From: the human T2T-CHM13v2.0 reference genome, Homo sapiens
Direction: 5' to 3' (one strand)
NCBI RefSeq assembly: GCF_009914755.1
Contig: NC_060925.1
Length of the DNA stretch: 64,000 nt
Below the pieces are notes generated by a model. That model was not told the DNA's origin. It searched no databases and saw nothing but the letters and a program-made list of their open reading frames with translations. Every line of letters begins with the position of its first letter. Positions within the stretch are counted from its first letter, which is position 1. This document shows positions 41,000 through 53,760 of the stretch, piece by piece. Both the position numbers and the translations under genes were made by a program.

Positions 41000-41164
41000 C
41001 TGGAGTCAGGGACAGAAGAGGGAAGGAACAAGGCCTCAGGCCATCATGACTTCCCTAGGGGGTTCCTCCTGCTCCCCACTGCCTAGGTGTCCTATATGCC
41101 TAGCTTCCAGACTCCACCTCCTCCCTTCTAGCCCCTGGCCCTCAGACCCCACCCCAGCACTCAC

Positions 41165-41264
41165 TGCAGGGGTTTTTCTCCAGTGTGGATACGTCTGTGG
41201 ATGACAAGGTTGCTGCTAGTGCGGAAAGACCGGGCGCAGAACTCACAGATGTAGTCCCGGGTGT
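41165..41264 (-). CDS. ZNF692: ZNF692 coding exon (finger 3, [28 protein letters not shown])
   Basis: ctgcag| acceptor, CA|GTGAGT donor. 100 nt. Confidence 0.95.
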
Positions 41265-43049
41265 CTGCAGGCATATGAGGGACACTCCAGCATCTGCCCC
41301 CACCCTGTGGCCCCTCCTTGGCCCACCCCACCCACTGTCCCTCACCAGAGTGCACCGTATTGGAGGTCAGGAGGCTCAGGTTCTAATTAGTTGTTATCCA
41401 AATCATGGAGCCCGTCTGGACCTCCCTTACCTGATGGGTCATGACAACCAAGTAAGATACGAACCCAGCTAAAAGACTTCATTATTGTCCACCCCAGCCC
41501 CTGCCCGCCAATCCCACTCAAACCAATGAACTCCTGATGGAAGTGCACCACCCCACCTCAGCCTCTAGGCTGGTTCTTTCTCAAAGGAGACACATGGAAT
41601 GGAGAGCTGGGTCCTTATGTATGAATTGAAGGCAGTGGGCAGCAGCCAAGCAGAACCTTGGAGTCAGCGATGGGAATTAGGATTGAAGCTCAAGGCCCAA
41701 GGACAGACCCTGGCACCTGGAATCATCTACCACCTATTTAGGCTTGCATATCCCACCTGTCCCAAACCCTATCGGTGCCCTGTGGAGCTACCTGTCTGCA
41801 GGCAGCCAGTCCCCTCTCCTCTTTTTCCCTGAGCCTGCACTCCCTGCTTGTTCCAATAGCACCTGCCTGTTGCCCATGGTCACTGTGTGGCAGCAGCTCT
41901 CACAGGCTGCTGTGGTTTCTCTAACCCACCAAACCTCAGGGTGTACAGTAAAAAAGGTGTCTTTGCTTCTCATGGTGCCCTTTAGACCACCTCTAACATC
42001 CCCACCTCTCTGAAGACCGCACCATCAGACCACACAAACACACACCTGCAGCCTCCTCCTTTGGCCCCATCACTCCCCCTCCATCCACACAACTCTAGGT
42101 TCAGCCCCTCTACTCCTGTCAGCCACTACTCCTGCTGTCAATCAGCACTCCAGCCCTCTGTTCCCTCACCTCACTGACCTCATCGCCCACCCTCCTCAGC
42201 CACCAGTCTCAGGTCACACCCATGCACTGCACCACTTCAGAAATTGCTATTTCTTCTAAGATACAGTGGGTTAGGAGGAGAAAAAAAAGAAATTGTGATT
42301 TCAAACATCCTGGTTCATGCCAGGGCCTCCAATCTTGTCCTCTTGCTATGATAATCCCATGATTCCAGGCCAGTCCACTGGCCCCACCATCTTCCCTCTG
42401 AGCCCCTTCCCCGCTCAGCTACATTTCCACAGCCATCTTTGTTGCCTTCTTTCATTCACACTACCAATCTTCCTGTCCCTCTCTCCGTCAACTGTACTTG
42501 CTTGGTTAAAGCCCAACTCAGGATAGACACAACTTTTGGTCTGTTCCGGGCCTGCACATGTGTACTGTAAGGGCAAAATCTGCCTCTTGGCCACTCTTTT
42601 CATCTAAAACCACAAGTCTTAAGGCCGCCTTCTTGCCCTACTGTGTCTGCATTTCCCTCATCAGTTCACTTTTCCAACTTTCTAGAAATACAGAAGACAT
42701 TTCACACCACCTCCTTTCTCCACCAGCCTCCAACACCCCCAGCCTACTAGCCTTATTCAGCAGTGCTCTTGTTTCTAAAGTCGCCAAGAAACTACAACAC
42801 CCACATCTTCTGCCCACCAAATCCACTATTCAACTTGCATCTGTGTCTATATAAACAACTGCTCAAACTGTTCCCCCGGCAGCCCTCCACTGTGCCCCTC
42901 AAGACCAACCCCTTCTCACTTGAGGTCCCCCACCCCACTCTAGCATCAGCAGCAAGCCTTTCTCTATGGAATCATTCCCATCTCCATGCCCTGAGCCCAC
43001 AGCCTTCCAGCTGGGACTCCATTTCTCTGCCTATCTTCACAGCAAAACA

Positions 43050-44235
43050 GAGTTGTCCATACTTGCTGTCTCCACTCTGCCTTGAATGCACTCCGTTCCG
43101 GCTATCCCCACAGCTCCACTGCCCCTCTTGTCAGTTCCATCTTGTCATCTGGTGGCTTCACCACTGCCACATCTGGTCTCCTATTCTCAGCTCACATTTG
43201 GCCTGTCGCACTAGCAATCATCCCCCCTTCCTCCCTGGAGCATTTTCTATACTCAGTTCCTCAAATACCACTCTCTTCATCTTCCTCACTACTCACCTGA
43301 CCTGCCCTCTGATGGCTAGAGTGCCATGACACTCACTTCCTCTATGTAGGGACACTCTGGCCTCATGGCTCTAAACACCACCCATATGCTCATGACCCAC
43401 ACATTTATATTTATATTTTTGCCTGACATCTCCCCTGATCTCCACATTCACATCTCCTGGATGTTTAATTAGCATGTCTCAAATCAAATTTCCCTTCCCA
43501 AGCCCATTTCTCCCTTGTTTTCAGAAAAATCACATCACCTTCTGCCCAGTTGCTGAGGCTGGAATCCTCCAAGTTACCCAACTCCTCCCTTCCCACTCGA
43601 CTGCAGCCAACCCATCCTTCCCACGGCAGCTCGTTTGGCTCCATCTGCACACACACTGGCCTCCATCCATTCCTCACTGACTCAGCTGCTACCAGCAAAT
43701 CCAGGCACCACCTTGCCCTCTTGCACATCTCTGCAGTCATCTCACAGTTGAGTGCCTGGTTCTGCTCATCTGAGGTCCCCCTGTTCACACAGCAGCCACA
43801 ATGATCTTTTAAAAAGCCATGTCCCTCTGCCATTCAAGACTCTGCGATGGCACCCATCTCACTTAAAGCAGATGTCAAACTGTCCTGTGGATGGTCTCAG
43901 AGGCCTCCATCAACTATGTGACTTCTCTTCCTTTCTCAGCTCCTGGCCTCTTCCCTATTCCTGGAACATGTCACCCAGATACCACCTAAGGGCCCTTCCA
44001 CACGCGCTGTCCATAGTCTGTAAGGTACAGGTTTCCATTCCTCACTTAAGTCTTTGCTCAAAGCATCTTCTCTTTCTACAATAGCAACTCCTCCTTATGC
44101 TCTCCTCCTTTCCCTTGCTTCCACATTTCTTCATAGCCCTGTATCACTAAAGTGGATGTCTCAAGAGGGTTAGCGCTGCCTGCTCTGTTCATTGCTGTAC
44201 CCAGTACCCAAAACAGTTTAAAACAAGCAGGTGCT
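43050..44235. mobile_element. Ancient L2 LINE fragment(s)
   Basis: Pyrimidine-rich decayed blocks typical of L2 (CATGGCTCTAAACACCACCCATATGCTCATGAC, TCACACAGCAGCCACAATGATCTTT). Similar blocks occur at ~50.1-50.9 and 55.1-56.3 kb. Confidence 0.55.
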
Positions 44236-44276
44236 CAACACACAGGGCATACAGGATGAGGGAGAGTCATCCCTCG

Positions 44277-44412
44277 GAGGGAGGTGAAGAAACCCACAGA
44301 GCGGGAGGTGACAGGACCCCGTAGAGGGGGAGGTGAAGAAACCCACAGAGCCCAGGGTGACGGGACCCACAAAGGAAGGTAAAAGGTCCCACAGAGGAAG
44401 GTGGAGTTCCAC
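44277..44412. repeat. Degenerate 22-25-bp minisatellite (~6 units, GAGGGAGGTGAAGAAACCCACA)
   Basis: GGAGGTGAAGAAACCCACAGAGC occurs twice 49 bp apart, with related units between and after. Confidence 0.75.
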
Positions 44413-44419
44413 CACTCAC

Positions 44420-44534
44420 CACTGTGCAGCTTCATGTGCTCCTTCAGGTGTTTCTTAAAGTTGAAAGACTTCCCACAGGCTGGCTCTGGGCAGGAGAAAG
44501 ACTTCTGGTGGATGTGCTGGTACTTTTTGTGGTG
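44420..44534 (-). CDS. ZNF692: ZNF692 coding exon (HHKKYQH...CPEPACGKSFNFKKHLKEHMKLHS)
   Basis: ctctag| acceptor, G|GTGAGT donor. 115 nt. Confidence 0.93.
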
Positions 44535-45036
44535 CTAGAGAAGGAAGTGGGTGGTAGGGAGAGAAGAGGCAAAAGGATAGCCACCTTCCACGGAGAGATG
44601 AACTGAGCTGACCCGGCAGGCATGCTCCTCTGTCCCCTTCCTGGCCCCTGTGCCCCAGCAGTTCTCCCTGTCATGGCCTGCTCGTTTCCTTGAGGCTCAG
44701 TCCTCACCTACACCATGAGTACCACACCCATCCCATCCTGACCACTCAACTCTCCTGTCACCCAATTCTGTGCTTTACTTCCATTATCTCACCTCCTTGT
44801 CACACTCTCACCCTGCAATGTCCTGCAATGTTCCCTGTACAAAGTATCACTCTGGGTGACACCCCTGGTTCACCTAATCATGAATGCACTATCTGCTGCA
44901 GAGGGGAAAGCAGTTTGGGTAAGTATGATCATCCTACTTGATGTCAGTATTCACGTACAACAGTATCTCCCCAACTGCTTGCTTTTTAATAGTTCACCAT
45001 GGGTATATATATGATTTTCTTCTAAATCTGCTTTGG

Positions 45037-45038
<2 letters not shown>

Positions 45039-45080
<42 letters not shown>
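45039..45080. repeat. (AC)21 microsatellite in a ZNF692 intron
   Basis: Perfect dinucleotide run. Confidence 0.97.
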
Positions 45081-45083
<3 letters not shown>

Positions 45084-45890
45084 CTCAACCTAGAACACTA
45101 TTAAGGGTAACAGGCTCTTCAACCTTAACTCCTAAATATCAAAGTATTTCTCTTTTCACTGACCTAAGTTGGCATCCTGGCTCACTAAATTGCATGGGCT
45201 GTCCCCTTCTTTAGAATCCCATTTTTCCACAGTTAAACTTCCAGGGGCTGCTTTGATCTTCTCCACAGCAGACTCCAGAATGTCTGACATGCCCTGCCGA
45301 ATGCTCTTCTCAGCCTAGAGCTTCCCTGTCATCCCGGGTCATTTTCCCTTTTCACTTGATTCCTCTCTGTCATCTTCTGTGGGCGGCATTCTCCCCTGTC
45401 TGTCTACCCTCACCTCACCATCCCAGTGTCTGTGGCCCTCCCCAGCCTTGGTACCTGCTGTGCCAAGTGCTCTGGTTGACTGTAGGGATTGGACCCCTTG
45501 CCTTCTGTGCCTCAAATTTCTCAGGCAATGAGATTGGGGACAGGACCATCTCCCAGCCCGTTTCACTCTAGAACTACCCTCTCAAGCCAGGATATGTGGC
45601 AGCCCAGGCATGGACTCTGAAGCCAGGCCACCAGGCTCAGAACCCTAGCACTAACACACACTAGCTGAAGAGCCTTGAGCAATGCCTAACCTTTCTGTCT
45701 GCAAAGTGGGAATAATAGCAGCACCTAATCTATGGGGATATTGTGAGGACCAAAAGACTTTATACATGTCAGGTACCCTCTGCTTCCTGGTTCTGAATCC
45801 TCCCATGCCTTAAGATCCTTTTCCTCAGTTTTTCTTTTAGCCCTTTCCCCCACCCCAGCAGCCACACAGGCCCCAACCTGTGCCCCTCAC

Positions 45891-45969
45891 ATTCAAATAC
45901 TGCCGGTTGGAGAAGATCCTTCCACAGCCAGGGAAGTCACAAGGCATCAGCTCTCTTTTGGCAGCTTTC
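45891..45969 (-). CDS. ZNF692: ZNF692 coding exon (KAAKRELMPCDFPGCGRIFSNRQYLN)
   Basis: cctcag| acceptor, AAT|GTGAGG donor. 79 nt. ZFP91/ZNF692-type finger 1. Confidence 0.93.
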
Positions 45970-46068
45970 CTGAGGAGAAGAATGGAAAGGAGCAGCATGA
46001 CTCCTGCCTGCCCTTCTCTGCCTCCCTCCTCTCGGCCCTCCCCAGAACCCCATCTCCCTAAGTCCTAC

Positions 46069-46146
46069 CTAATTCTCTTGGGGCCAATTTGTGCAGTGTC
46101 CTCATCCCAGGCCGGGGTTGGAGCAGACTGGGCCTGACTCCCAGTG
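46069..46146 (-). CDS. ZNF692: ZNF692 coding exon (TGSQAQSAPTPAWDEDTAQIGPKRI)
   Basis: ccgtag| acceptor, AG|GTAGGA donor. 78 nt, frame-consistent. Confidence 0.9.
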
Positions 46147-46235
46147 CTACGGGCAGCAAAGAGGGAGCAGAGGGCCTCGAGGGAGGGCCACATCCCAGGA
46201 CGCCCCTGCCCTTTCTGTCTCAGCCATCAGGTTAC

Positions 46236-46457
46236 CTGGCCAGGGCCTCAGTCTGCTGGGCCGCTTGAGGGGTCCTGCTGAGCTGTGGCTGCACCCTGAC
46301 TTCTGCAGGTGGAGGAGCTCTGGAACTCAATGAGGATGCTGACAAGGCCGGCACAGCAAGAGGACTGGAGAGTGCTGCAGGGGCTGGTGGTGTCTCCCCC
46401 TCTTTAGGTGTGCAGGTGACAGGGGAAGGCAGTAGTCTGGGGGCATCAGGCTCACTA
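46236..46457 (-). CDS. ZNF692: ZNF692 coding exon (SEPDAPRLLP...QQTEALA)
   Basis: tttcag| acceptor (NAGNAG), AG|GTAACC donor. 222 nt. Confidence 0.88.
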
Positions 46458-46798
46458 CTGAAAGGAGAACAAAGAGGAAGATGGCATTAACTTTCTGGGC
46501 AGTCAGCCATCCCCTGCCCGACCCTAGCCCCTAAACTGAAAAGATCTCAAACTTGAAACAACCCTACCCCCACCCTAGGCTCCCCATTCATATCTGCTTT
46601 CAGCCCTCAATCTCCCTGCACCTGACTTCACCCCTTTTCACCCCCTCAGTTCAAAGCCTCTAGTTCTTTTTGCCTTCCCCAAAACCCACCCTTCCCTCCA
46701 CACTAACAAGCCCTTCCCTCTAGTCTGCAAAGCCATGAACTGCCAGGCCAGCTGCCTCCCTCTCTTGCTCTGCTCATTCTCCCTCAACCCCAACTTGC

Positions 46799-46933
46799 TC
46801 ATCTGGGGAGGAGCTGTAGGTCCATAAGCTGGCATCACTGAGCATCTCCTCTTCATCCTCATCATTGTCCTCTTCTTCCTCACCCTCTTCCTCTCCTGGA
46901 GGTGGGAAGGTCTCTGGTGGGGGTCCCACCCTC
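46799..46933 (-). CDS. ZNF692: ZNF692 coding exon with acidic tract (RVGPPPETFPPPGEEEGEEEEDNDEDEEE...SSSPD)
   Basis: ctgcag| acceptor, non-canonical donor GA|GCAAGT. 135 nt, frame-consistent. Confidence 0.85.
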
Positions 46934-47024
46934 CTGCAGGCCCAAAGAAGGCAAGCCTGAGGTCCTGCTCCCTCATCCTCCCACCTATGCAATTCCGCCT
47001 TTTCTCTCCTATCCACATCCTCAC

Positions 47025-47073
47025 CTGGGCAACCTGGCCTCTTGAGTCCTCTCATCATGCTCAGATTCCAAAT
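47025..47073 (-). CDS. ZNF692: ZNF692 coding exon (DLESEHDERTQEARLP)
   Basis: ccacag| acceptor, AG|GTGAGG donor. 49 nt. Confidence 0.88.
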
Positions 47074-47167
47074 CTGTGGGACAGGCAAAGTCAAAAGAGA
47101 AGGAACTCTGGACTCAAGGGATGAGGACACATAAAGTTCTAAGGTCTGAAGTGATGGGAGACTCCTC

Positions 47168-47298
47168 TTTTTTTTTTAAATAGAGACGGGGTCTCACTAT
47201 GTTGCCCAGGCTGGTCTCAAACCCCTGGGCTCAAGCAATCCTCTTGCCTCAGCCTCCCAGAGTGCTAGGATTATAGGTGTGAACCACTGCACCCAGGC
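47168..47298 (-). mobile_element. Alu monomer (FLAM-like)
   Basis: Single left-arm monomer in reverse orientation. Confidence 0.8.
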
Positions 47299-47744
47299 AG
47301 AGACTTTTAAGAAGGAGGAGGAGGGAGCAGAGGCTATCTGAGTAGGAGGAGTTGTTCTGTTTCAGAGATGATATTCACATAGTTCACAAAACTATACAGT
47401 CAAAAATCTCCTTTCCAATACTGTCCCCCATCGCCTACTTCTTCCCATAGGCAACCTGGTTTTCTATGTGCCTTCCAGAGATATGTCATACATTCGCAAG
47501 TACTTACACATACACACACACACATTCACTTTCCCCTTATTTGTATTTTTCACCAATGATAGCATACCATACACTGTATTTTGTTTTGCTTTTCATGCCC
47601 AACAGTGTATTTGATGATATATTTGTCAAGATAGAGTTTTTCCATTGAAAAAGGATCATTTTTAGAGAACAGGGTTCTGAGCTACAGAAAATGGGAAACG
47701 TTTTTCCTCCCTTTTCTCCATAACTCTGCTTTTTTCCAGCCTAC

Positions 47745-48008
47745 CTGCAAGCTCCTGCCCACTCGTGGCCTCGGAACACCAACTTCTCCGAGTAGTATGT
47801 GGAAGGGAGGCTGGCTTGGGTGCCTCTGAAGGTGTAGGGCTCAAAGAGGGTCCCCAGGAGAAGGTATGGCCTGCTGAGCACTCCCACACAAGCCCCCCAT
47901 CTTGGCCGCCAGGCCCCCGAAGCCCGGGCACCAGGCTGCACTCTCGGCTGTGGGCATGAGACAAGAGCACCAGATACTGCAGACCTTTTGGAGGCAAAGG
48001 CTCAGGAC
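47745..48008 (-). CDS. ZNF692: ZNF692 coding exon (GPEPLPPKGLQYLVLLSHAHSREC...GQELA)
   Basis: ctccag| acceptor, G|GTAGGC donor. 264 nt. Confidence 0.9.
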
Positions 48009-48338
48009 CTGGAGGGGTGGGGGAAGCAGTCAGGCTGAACTGGGAAGTCTCCTCCTCTTACCCTGGAGAGCCATACCCAGGGAGCCCTGTTCCCTCAAAC
48101 CCCAGGGCAACCTCAGCCCCAGTCCAATTTATCATTCTTCAGAACCTAGACACACTAGATCCTGAGACATTGCTCCCTTCCCCACCCAGAGGTTGCCTCC
48201 ATCAAACTACCCTGTGCTCCCCAACTCACCCCACCCTTCCCAAACTTACTCAGGGCTCCCTTTGAAAGGAGGGTGTTTCTGGGTCACCCTGTGGTCCCTC
48301 TTCCCTCTGGCTCTCACCCCCTGCCATCCCCTACCTAC

Positions 48339-48370
48339 CTGCACAGAGGACACAGCCTGAAGAAGTGTAC
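48339..48370 (-). CDS. ZNF692: ZNF692 micro coding exon (YTSSGCVLCA)
   Basis: tggcag| acceptor, G|GTAGGT donor. 32 nt; needed to restore the frame between its neighbours. Confidence 0.85.
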
Positions 48371-48599
48371 CTGCCAGCAGGAGAAGAGGCAGGTCAGGAC
48401 TCAGGTGGCCAGCCACCCTCAGCCCTGGGCACTCACACATGTAAGGGGCCAGCCCTAAGGGCCGCTATTCGCTGAGACCATGAGGAGGGGAGCAGGACCC
48501 TCGGAGGCCACAAGTCACACAGGCCGTCCTGGTAAAGTGAGAAACCTGAGGGTGGAAAAGAGCAGCAGGACAGGCCCTGGAGAGGAGGCTAGGGGCTGC

Positions 48600-49800
48600 T
48601 GCCTGGGTACCCTCCCCCAAGCCCTTCTCCCGGCCCCTAACCGGTCCAACAGGAACTTGGCGAGCTGCGAGTGCAGGGAGAAGCCCAGCCGCTCCTTGAG
48701 GAGGCACCACTGCTCCATGTGGCCGCCCAGGCGGATGCGGCACTTGCTGCGGCGCGCGTCCAGCTGCCGCCGCTTCTCCCGCCGCCTGCAGGACACGTCC
48801 ACCGCCGGGGAGGAAGCCATGTGCACCAGAGGCTGGAGGGTGGAAGGGACGTCTTCAGCGCCCTGCCGATCTCGGGGGTCGGGGACCCGGCTCCACCTGC
48901 CGTTAGGGCCTCAGTTTCCTCATCAGTGAACTGGGGCAAGACTAAACTATTTCAATAGCAGTGGCAGGTGTGGAGCCAAACCCCGTCCTTCTATGATACA
49001 GGGTGTTGAAGCTCAGCGCTACCATGTGAGTGTCGTCGGGTGGGAGGCAGGCAGACAGAAGCAGTCAGAACAAAGGCCTGCGCCCTCCAGTCCACTGAAG
49101 TGGAGCTGTGGGGAAGGGGCGAGAGACTTTCACGGGAAATTTCAACTGGGCTGGGGGCGGTCCACACATTTCATCTTGAATAGGGCAGCGGCCTTTACTG
49201 GTTTCTAGGGGAAGGAAAGGTCGTGTCCTGGCGTGCAGCTGGGGGCGCTCTTCATAGTTGGGTCGAGTGGCGGTGAGGCCGTGGTCAGAGGTCTGGAGGG
49301 CGCCCCCCATCCACCCCGTCTTGGGCACCCCCACTTAATGCTGACAGTGAGTGGAGCGGACTAATCCCAATGGCAGTTCCCAGGCTGCCCAGAGCCCCCG
49401 TCGCGACCCACCCCCACCCCGGCCTTACCTGTGCGCCCCCACGCGCCCTCACCCCCACTGCGCCTGCGCCTGCGCCTCCCGGGCCTAGCGAGCAGGCCCG
49501 GAGCTGCTGGAAGACAGGGGCCCACCTCGCGCGCGCAGCGTTTCTCTTTTAAGAAGAAACGGTGCCTCTCGGCGTCGGCTGCTGTAGCCCGGAACTGAGG
49601 CCCGCGCCCCAGAGGGAGGGGCGAGTCGGAGGCCGACGCCGTGCGCCTGCGCACTGGGTGCCCCGCGCAACGCCCGCCGGGAATCGTGGTTGCCCGACTC
49701 AAGTCGCCCGCGCGTGTCGCGGAGCCCCGCGGCAGTTGTGGTTGGGTGGCTTCTGTGGTGAGCGTCTGCGCTTGGTGACCAAAGGTTTGAGGGAAAGTGG
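48600..49800 (-). promoter_or_regulatory. ZNF692: ZNF692 CpG-island promoter; non-coding exon 1 ending at donor CAG|GTAAGG (49429/49428)
   Basis: CpG-rich. NRF1-type GCGCCTGCGC motifs at 49459-49475 (overlapping tandem) and 49641-49654. ETS CCGGAA at 49589-49594. Confidence 0.8.
48642..48820 (-). CDS. ZNF692: ZNF692 first coding exon (MASSPAVDVSCRRREKRRQLDARRSKCRIRLGGH...FLLD); exon acceptor at 48832
   Basis: ATG at 48820-48818, donor CG|GTTAGG. Basic N-terminal segment (RRQLDARRSKCRIRLG). Confidence 0.92.
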
Positions 49801-50861
49801 AAGAGACAGGGTCAGGCCTCCTGTGCTCCAACCCCAGCCCACCCGGCCTGTATGGGGACGTTGCCTCTTCACTTGTTCCCGTTTTGTATTCACCTTCGAT
49901 TTCCCCCTCACAGTTGCCACCCGCAAACATGATGCAGAATCAGTCACTTTGAAAGACCCACAGAGGGTCCAGCTAGAGCCCTCTGTGGACCGCAGAGTCC
50001 CACCAGCTACAGCCCACTTCTATTACCATCAGAATTCCTCCTAAAAGTTGCCTGCATTCTCTGTGTACGCTCACTTCCCATCCTCTTCTCTTCAAATGGC
50101 TCTGATGGAGCTTTCCTCCCCACCCAGCCACTGCAGTGGCGCTTCACAAGGTCACTTGAGACGGTCATATTGCTACATAGCAGCTGTCAGTTCCGTCCGC
50201 CTCTCTGCCCTAGAAAGAGCGCGACTATGTAGCTCTCGTCCTCCTCATCTTTATGGCTCCCTCTACATTTTGGGCCCCAGTTTTACTTCTGTGACTTCAT
50301 ATGCTCCAGGTTTTCCACCCTCCTCACTGGCTCCTTCTATCCTTTTTTTGGATCCATTCCCTCTGTTCTGCCAAAAGATGAAGTGTGCCCTGGCTCAGGC
50401 CTTGAACCAGATCTTCTCTCGTCTGCATATGTTCTCCTGGGTGATCTAATTAGTTCCATGGCTTTAAATACACTGATGGCTCCTAGCCTAGCCCTCTTTC
50501 AACTCCAGTCATATATCTTACTGCCCGCTTGACTTACATGTGTTAACTGAGCTAACACGTGTAAAGAATGTAGGACAGTGCCTGGCATGTAGAGAGCGCT
50601 GACACATGATAGCTGATATTTTCTCCAACATAAATATGGCAAACATATAACAATAACGCCTGTACCCTCCCCCATGCCAGTAAACTATGTCATCATCCAC
50701 CCACTTGTTCAGAAAAAAGGGAATCAGCCTTGATTCTTTGCCTTTTATGATACCTAAACCATATACATCAGCAAATCTTGTTGGTCCTGTCTCCAAAAAT
50801 TTATCTTAAATCCAATCACTTCTGACCCTCTCAACTGCTAAAACCCTACTCCAAGCCACTG

Positions 50862-51620
<759 letters not shown>

Positions 51621-52337
51621 CACTATCATCTCTCACCTGGTCTGTGGCTACATCTTCCTAATGGATCTGCCTCCTACTTTAACTTGTACTCTCACAAAGC
51701 AGGGAAAATTTCCTCAAAGATCAAATCTTTTGCTTAAAATCTGTGAGTGGTGCAATCCAAAATCCTTATCATGGCCTCAAGGACCTACTTAATTGGGCCC
51801 TTGGCTTCTTCTCTGGCATCATCCCCCAACTTTTCCCACTTTGTCCTCCCACCTTTTTGCTATTTCTCAAGTGTGCCAAGTATCCTAGAGGGAGTTCTTT
51901 TGTCTCTGGAGCACTCAATTCTCCCCTCAGCCCCCACCCCATCCCCCAGCCCACCACCCAGCTGTTCATCTGTTTGCTCCCTTCTCATCTTGTAAATCTC
52001 GGCTATAAGATCACCCACTCAGCTATAAAATCCCTCATTCAGAAAGCTCCCTTTCCTCAGTCATGCTCTACCTCACTGTGCCCTATTGTATCTTCTTCAT
52101 GGCACTTACTTTCTGAAATCATCTCAGGGACTTGTTTGTGTGTTTGTTATTGGTATACGATGATTGTTGACTAGCCCAGCCTTCTCCTCTGCAGCCTAAA
52201 TATCTCAAATGACATGGTGTCCAAACATGAACACCCTTAGGATGAGCCCAGTGTGTCCTGTGCATATTCCTTTTGATTTGTGGTATCAGTGACTCAACAT
52301 ACTTGTCTGACTAGTGTAAGGTAGGAAGGAAGATGTC

Positions 52338-52408
52338 CCAGCTACTTTACTCATTAATGAATGTGTAACTTTTCCAGCTACTTTACTCATTAATGAAAGT
52401 GTAACTTT
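52338..52408. repeat. 36-bp tandem duplication
   Basis: CCAGCTACTTTACTCATTAATGAAWGTGTAACTTT occurs twice. Confidence 0.9.
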
Positions 52409-53760
52409 CACATCAAAAGAGCAGGACTCCATCGAGAACAAACTTTATCCTTTCCTCATGGTCCCTTAATAGATATCTGCAAAATCCTTGTGGTTTCATC
52501 CAAGGGAATGAAAGGTCTTGTAATTCTTGGTTACTCTTAGAATGTTGGGTCTCACTTTGAGACCCAAGAACATTTTTGGTTCTCTTGGTTTGATCTTGTT
52601 TAAAATAATAAAATGAAATTACTGCCAATGCCCAGCTCTTCAATAACCGTCTCCAAATAAATCTCTCAGCCTCTCTTTAATTTCTTATATCATCTAGGTA
52701 AGGAATGAGCCAACTCTCTCAAAAACAGTCACCAGCCCCTTCCTTTGTAAGTGCTGCAAGGGAGTGCTAACATTTTAAGGAGGGGTTCTCTGTAAACATT
52801 GGTTCTCTGCCTTTAGTGACCTCATTGCAGTCTGAGACCTTGAATTCCATCTTAGCATCCCATTACAAAGGCTAAGATTAAATGTGAGCTATTTGTATTT
52901 TTGTCACTGTTGAGCTTTACAGTTTACAGACTGCTGAAACTGCCAATTCTTTTATACACATAAAAGGGTCCATGTGGAGGACATATTTATCTTCATAACA
53001 TTTATTTTTCCTGGACTATGCATGGCACCATAGCGCTCTTCTTATCTCCTGCTTTGGCACAGCCAAATCTAATATTGCTGTACCCTCTGAACTTTTAGTA
53101 TCTTCTCTCCAAAGAGAAAAACTACTTTCCACTCTCCAGATCCAAGGAGGAATGAGCCAAATTGCTACAGAAGTTGAGTCAACCCACTGCCCTCAAATCC
53201 TGAGATGTATTCCCAGTGGGAAAAGGAACACTCCTTCAGGACTTTGTACCCCAAATTCCACGAGACCCACAGACACCCTCAGCCCAGCCCAGCTCCAGGT
53301 ATTTGCATGAACCTCCCTCTTTCTCAGCCCTCATCCTCTCAGTGACTGGTGTCTTCATCCTCCAACTAGTCATCATTGCTGGGAGTGCAATTCCGTTTCC
53401 CCTGAGCCCCTGACAACTGAAGGGTGGTGCCTCTACCCTGAGTCTGATCATGCCCTAGTGCGGCTGACCTGGGCGCTCTGTGATGCCATGTGGCCCAGGT
53501 AGGGTGGGGTGGTATACAAGAGATGCGGTTGCCCTTGCTCCTGGCTGGCCCAGCTGCCTGGGTTGGTCCTGTTAGCTTTGGCTCCGGGCCGGAGGGCAGA
53601 CGACATGAAGGAGGAGGAAGCCAGCCGCCAAGAGACTCGCCGTGGTAAATTCAGCGTCTGCAGGGGTGCTTGACGCGGCGGAGCCCGCGACGCCGGCAGC
53701 GGAGCGACATGTTGCTCCTGGTGCTGAAGCAGCAGCTGCCCACCCTCGCTGTGGTTGTGC

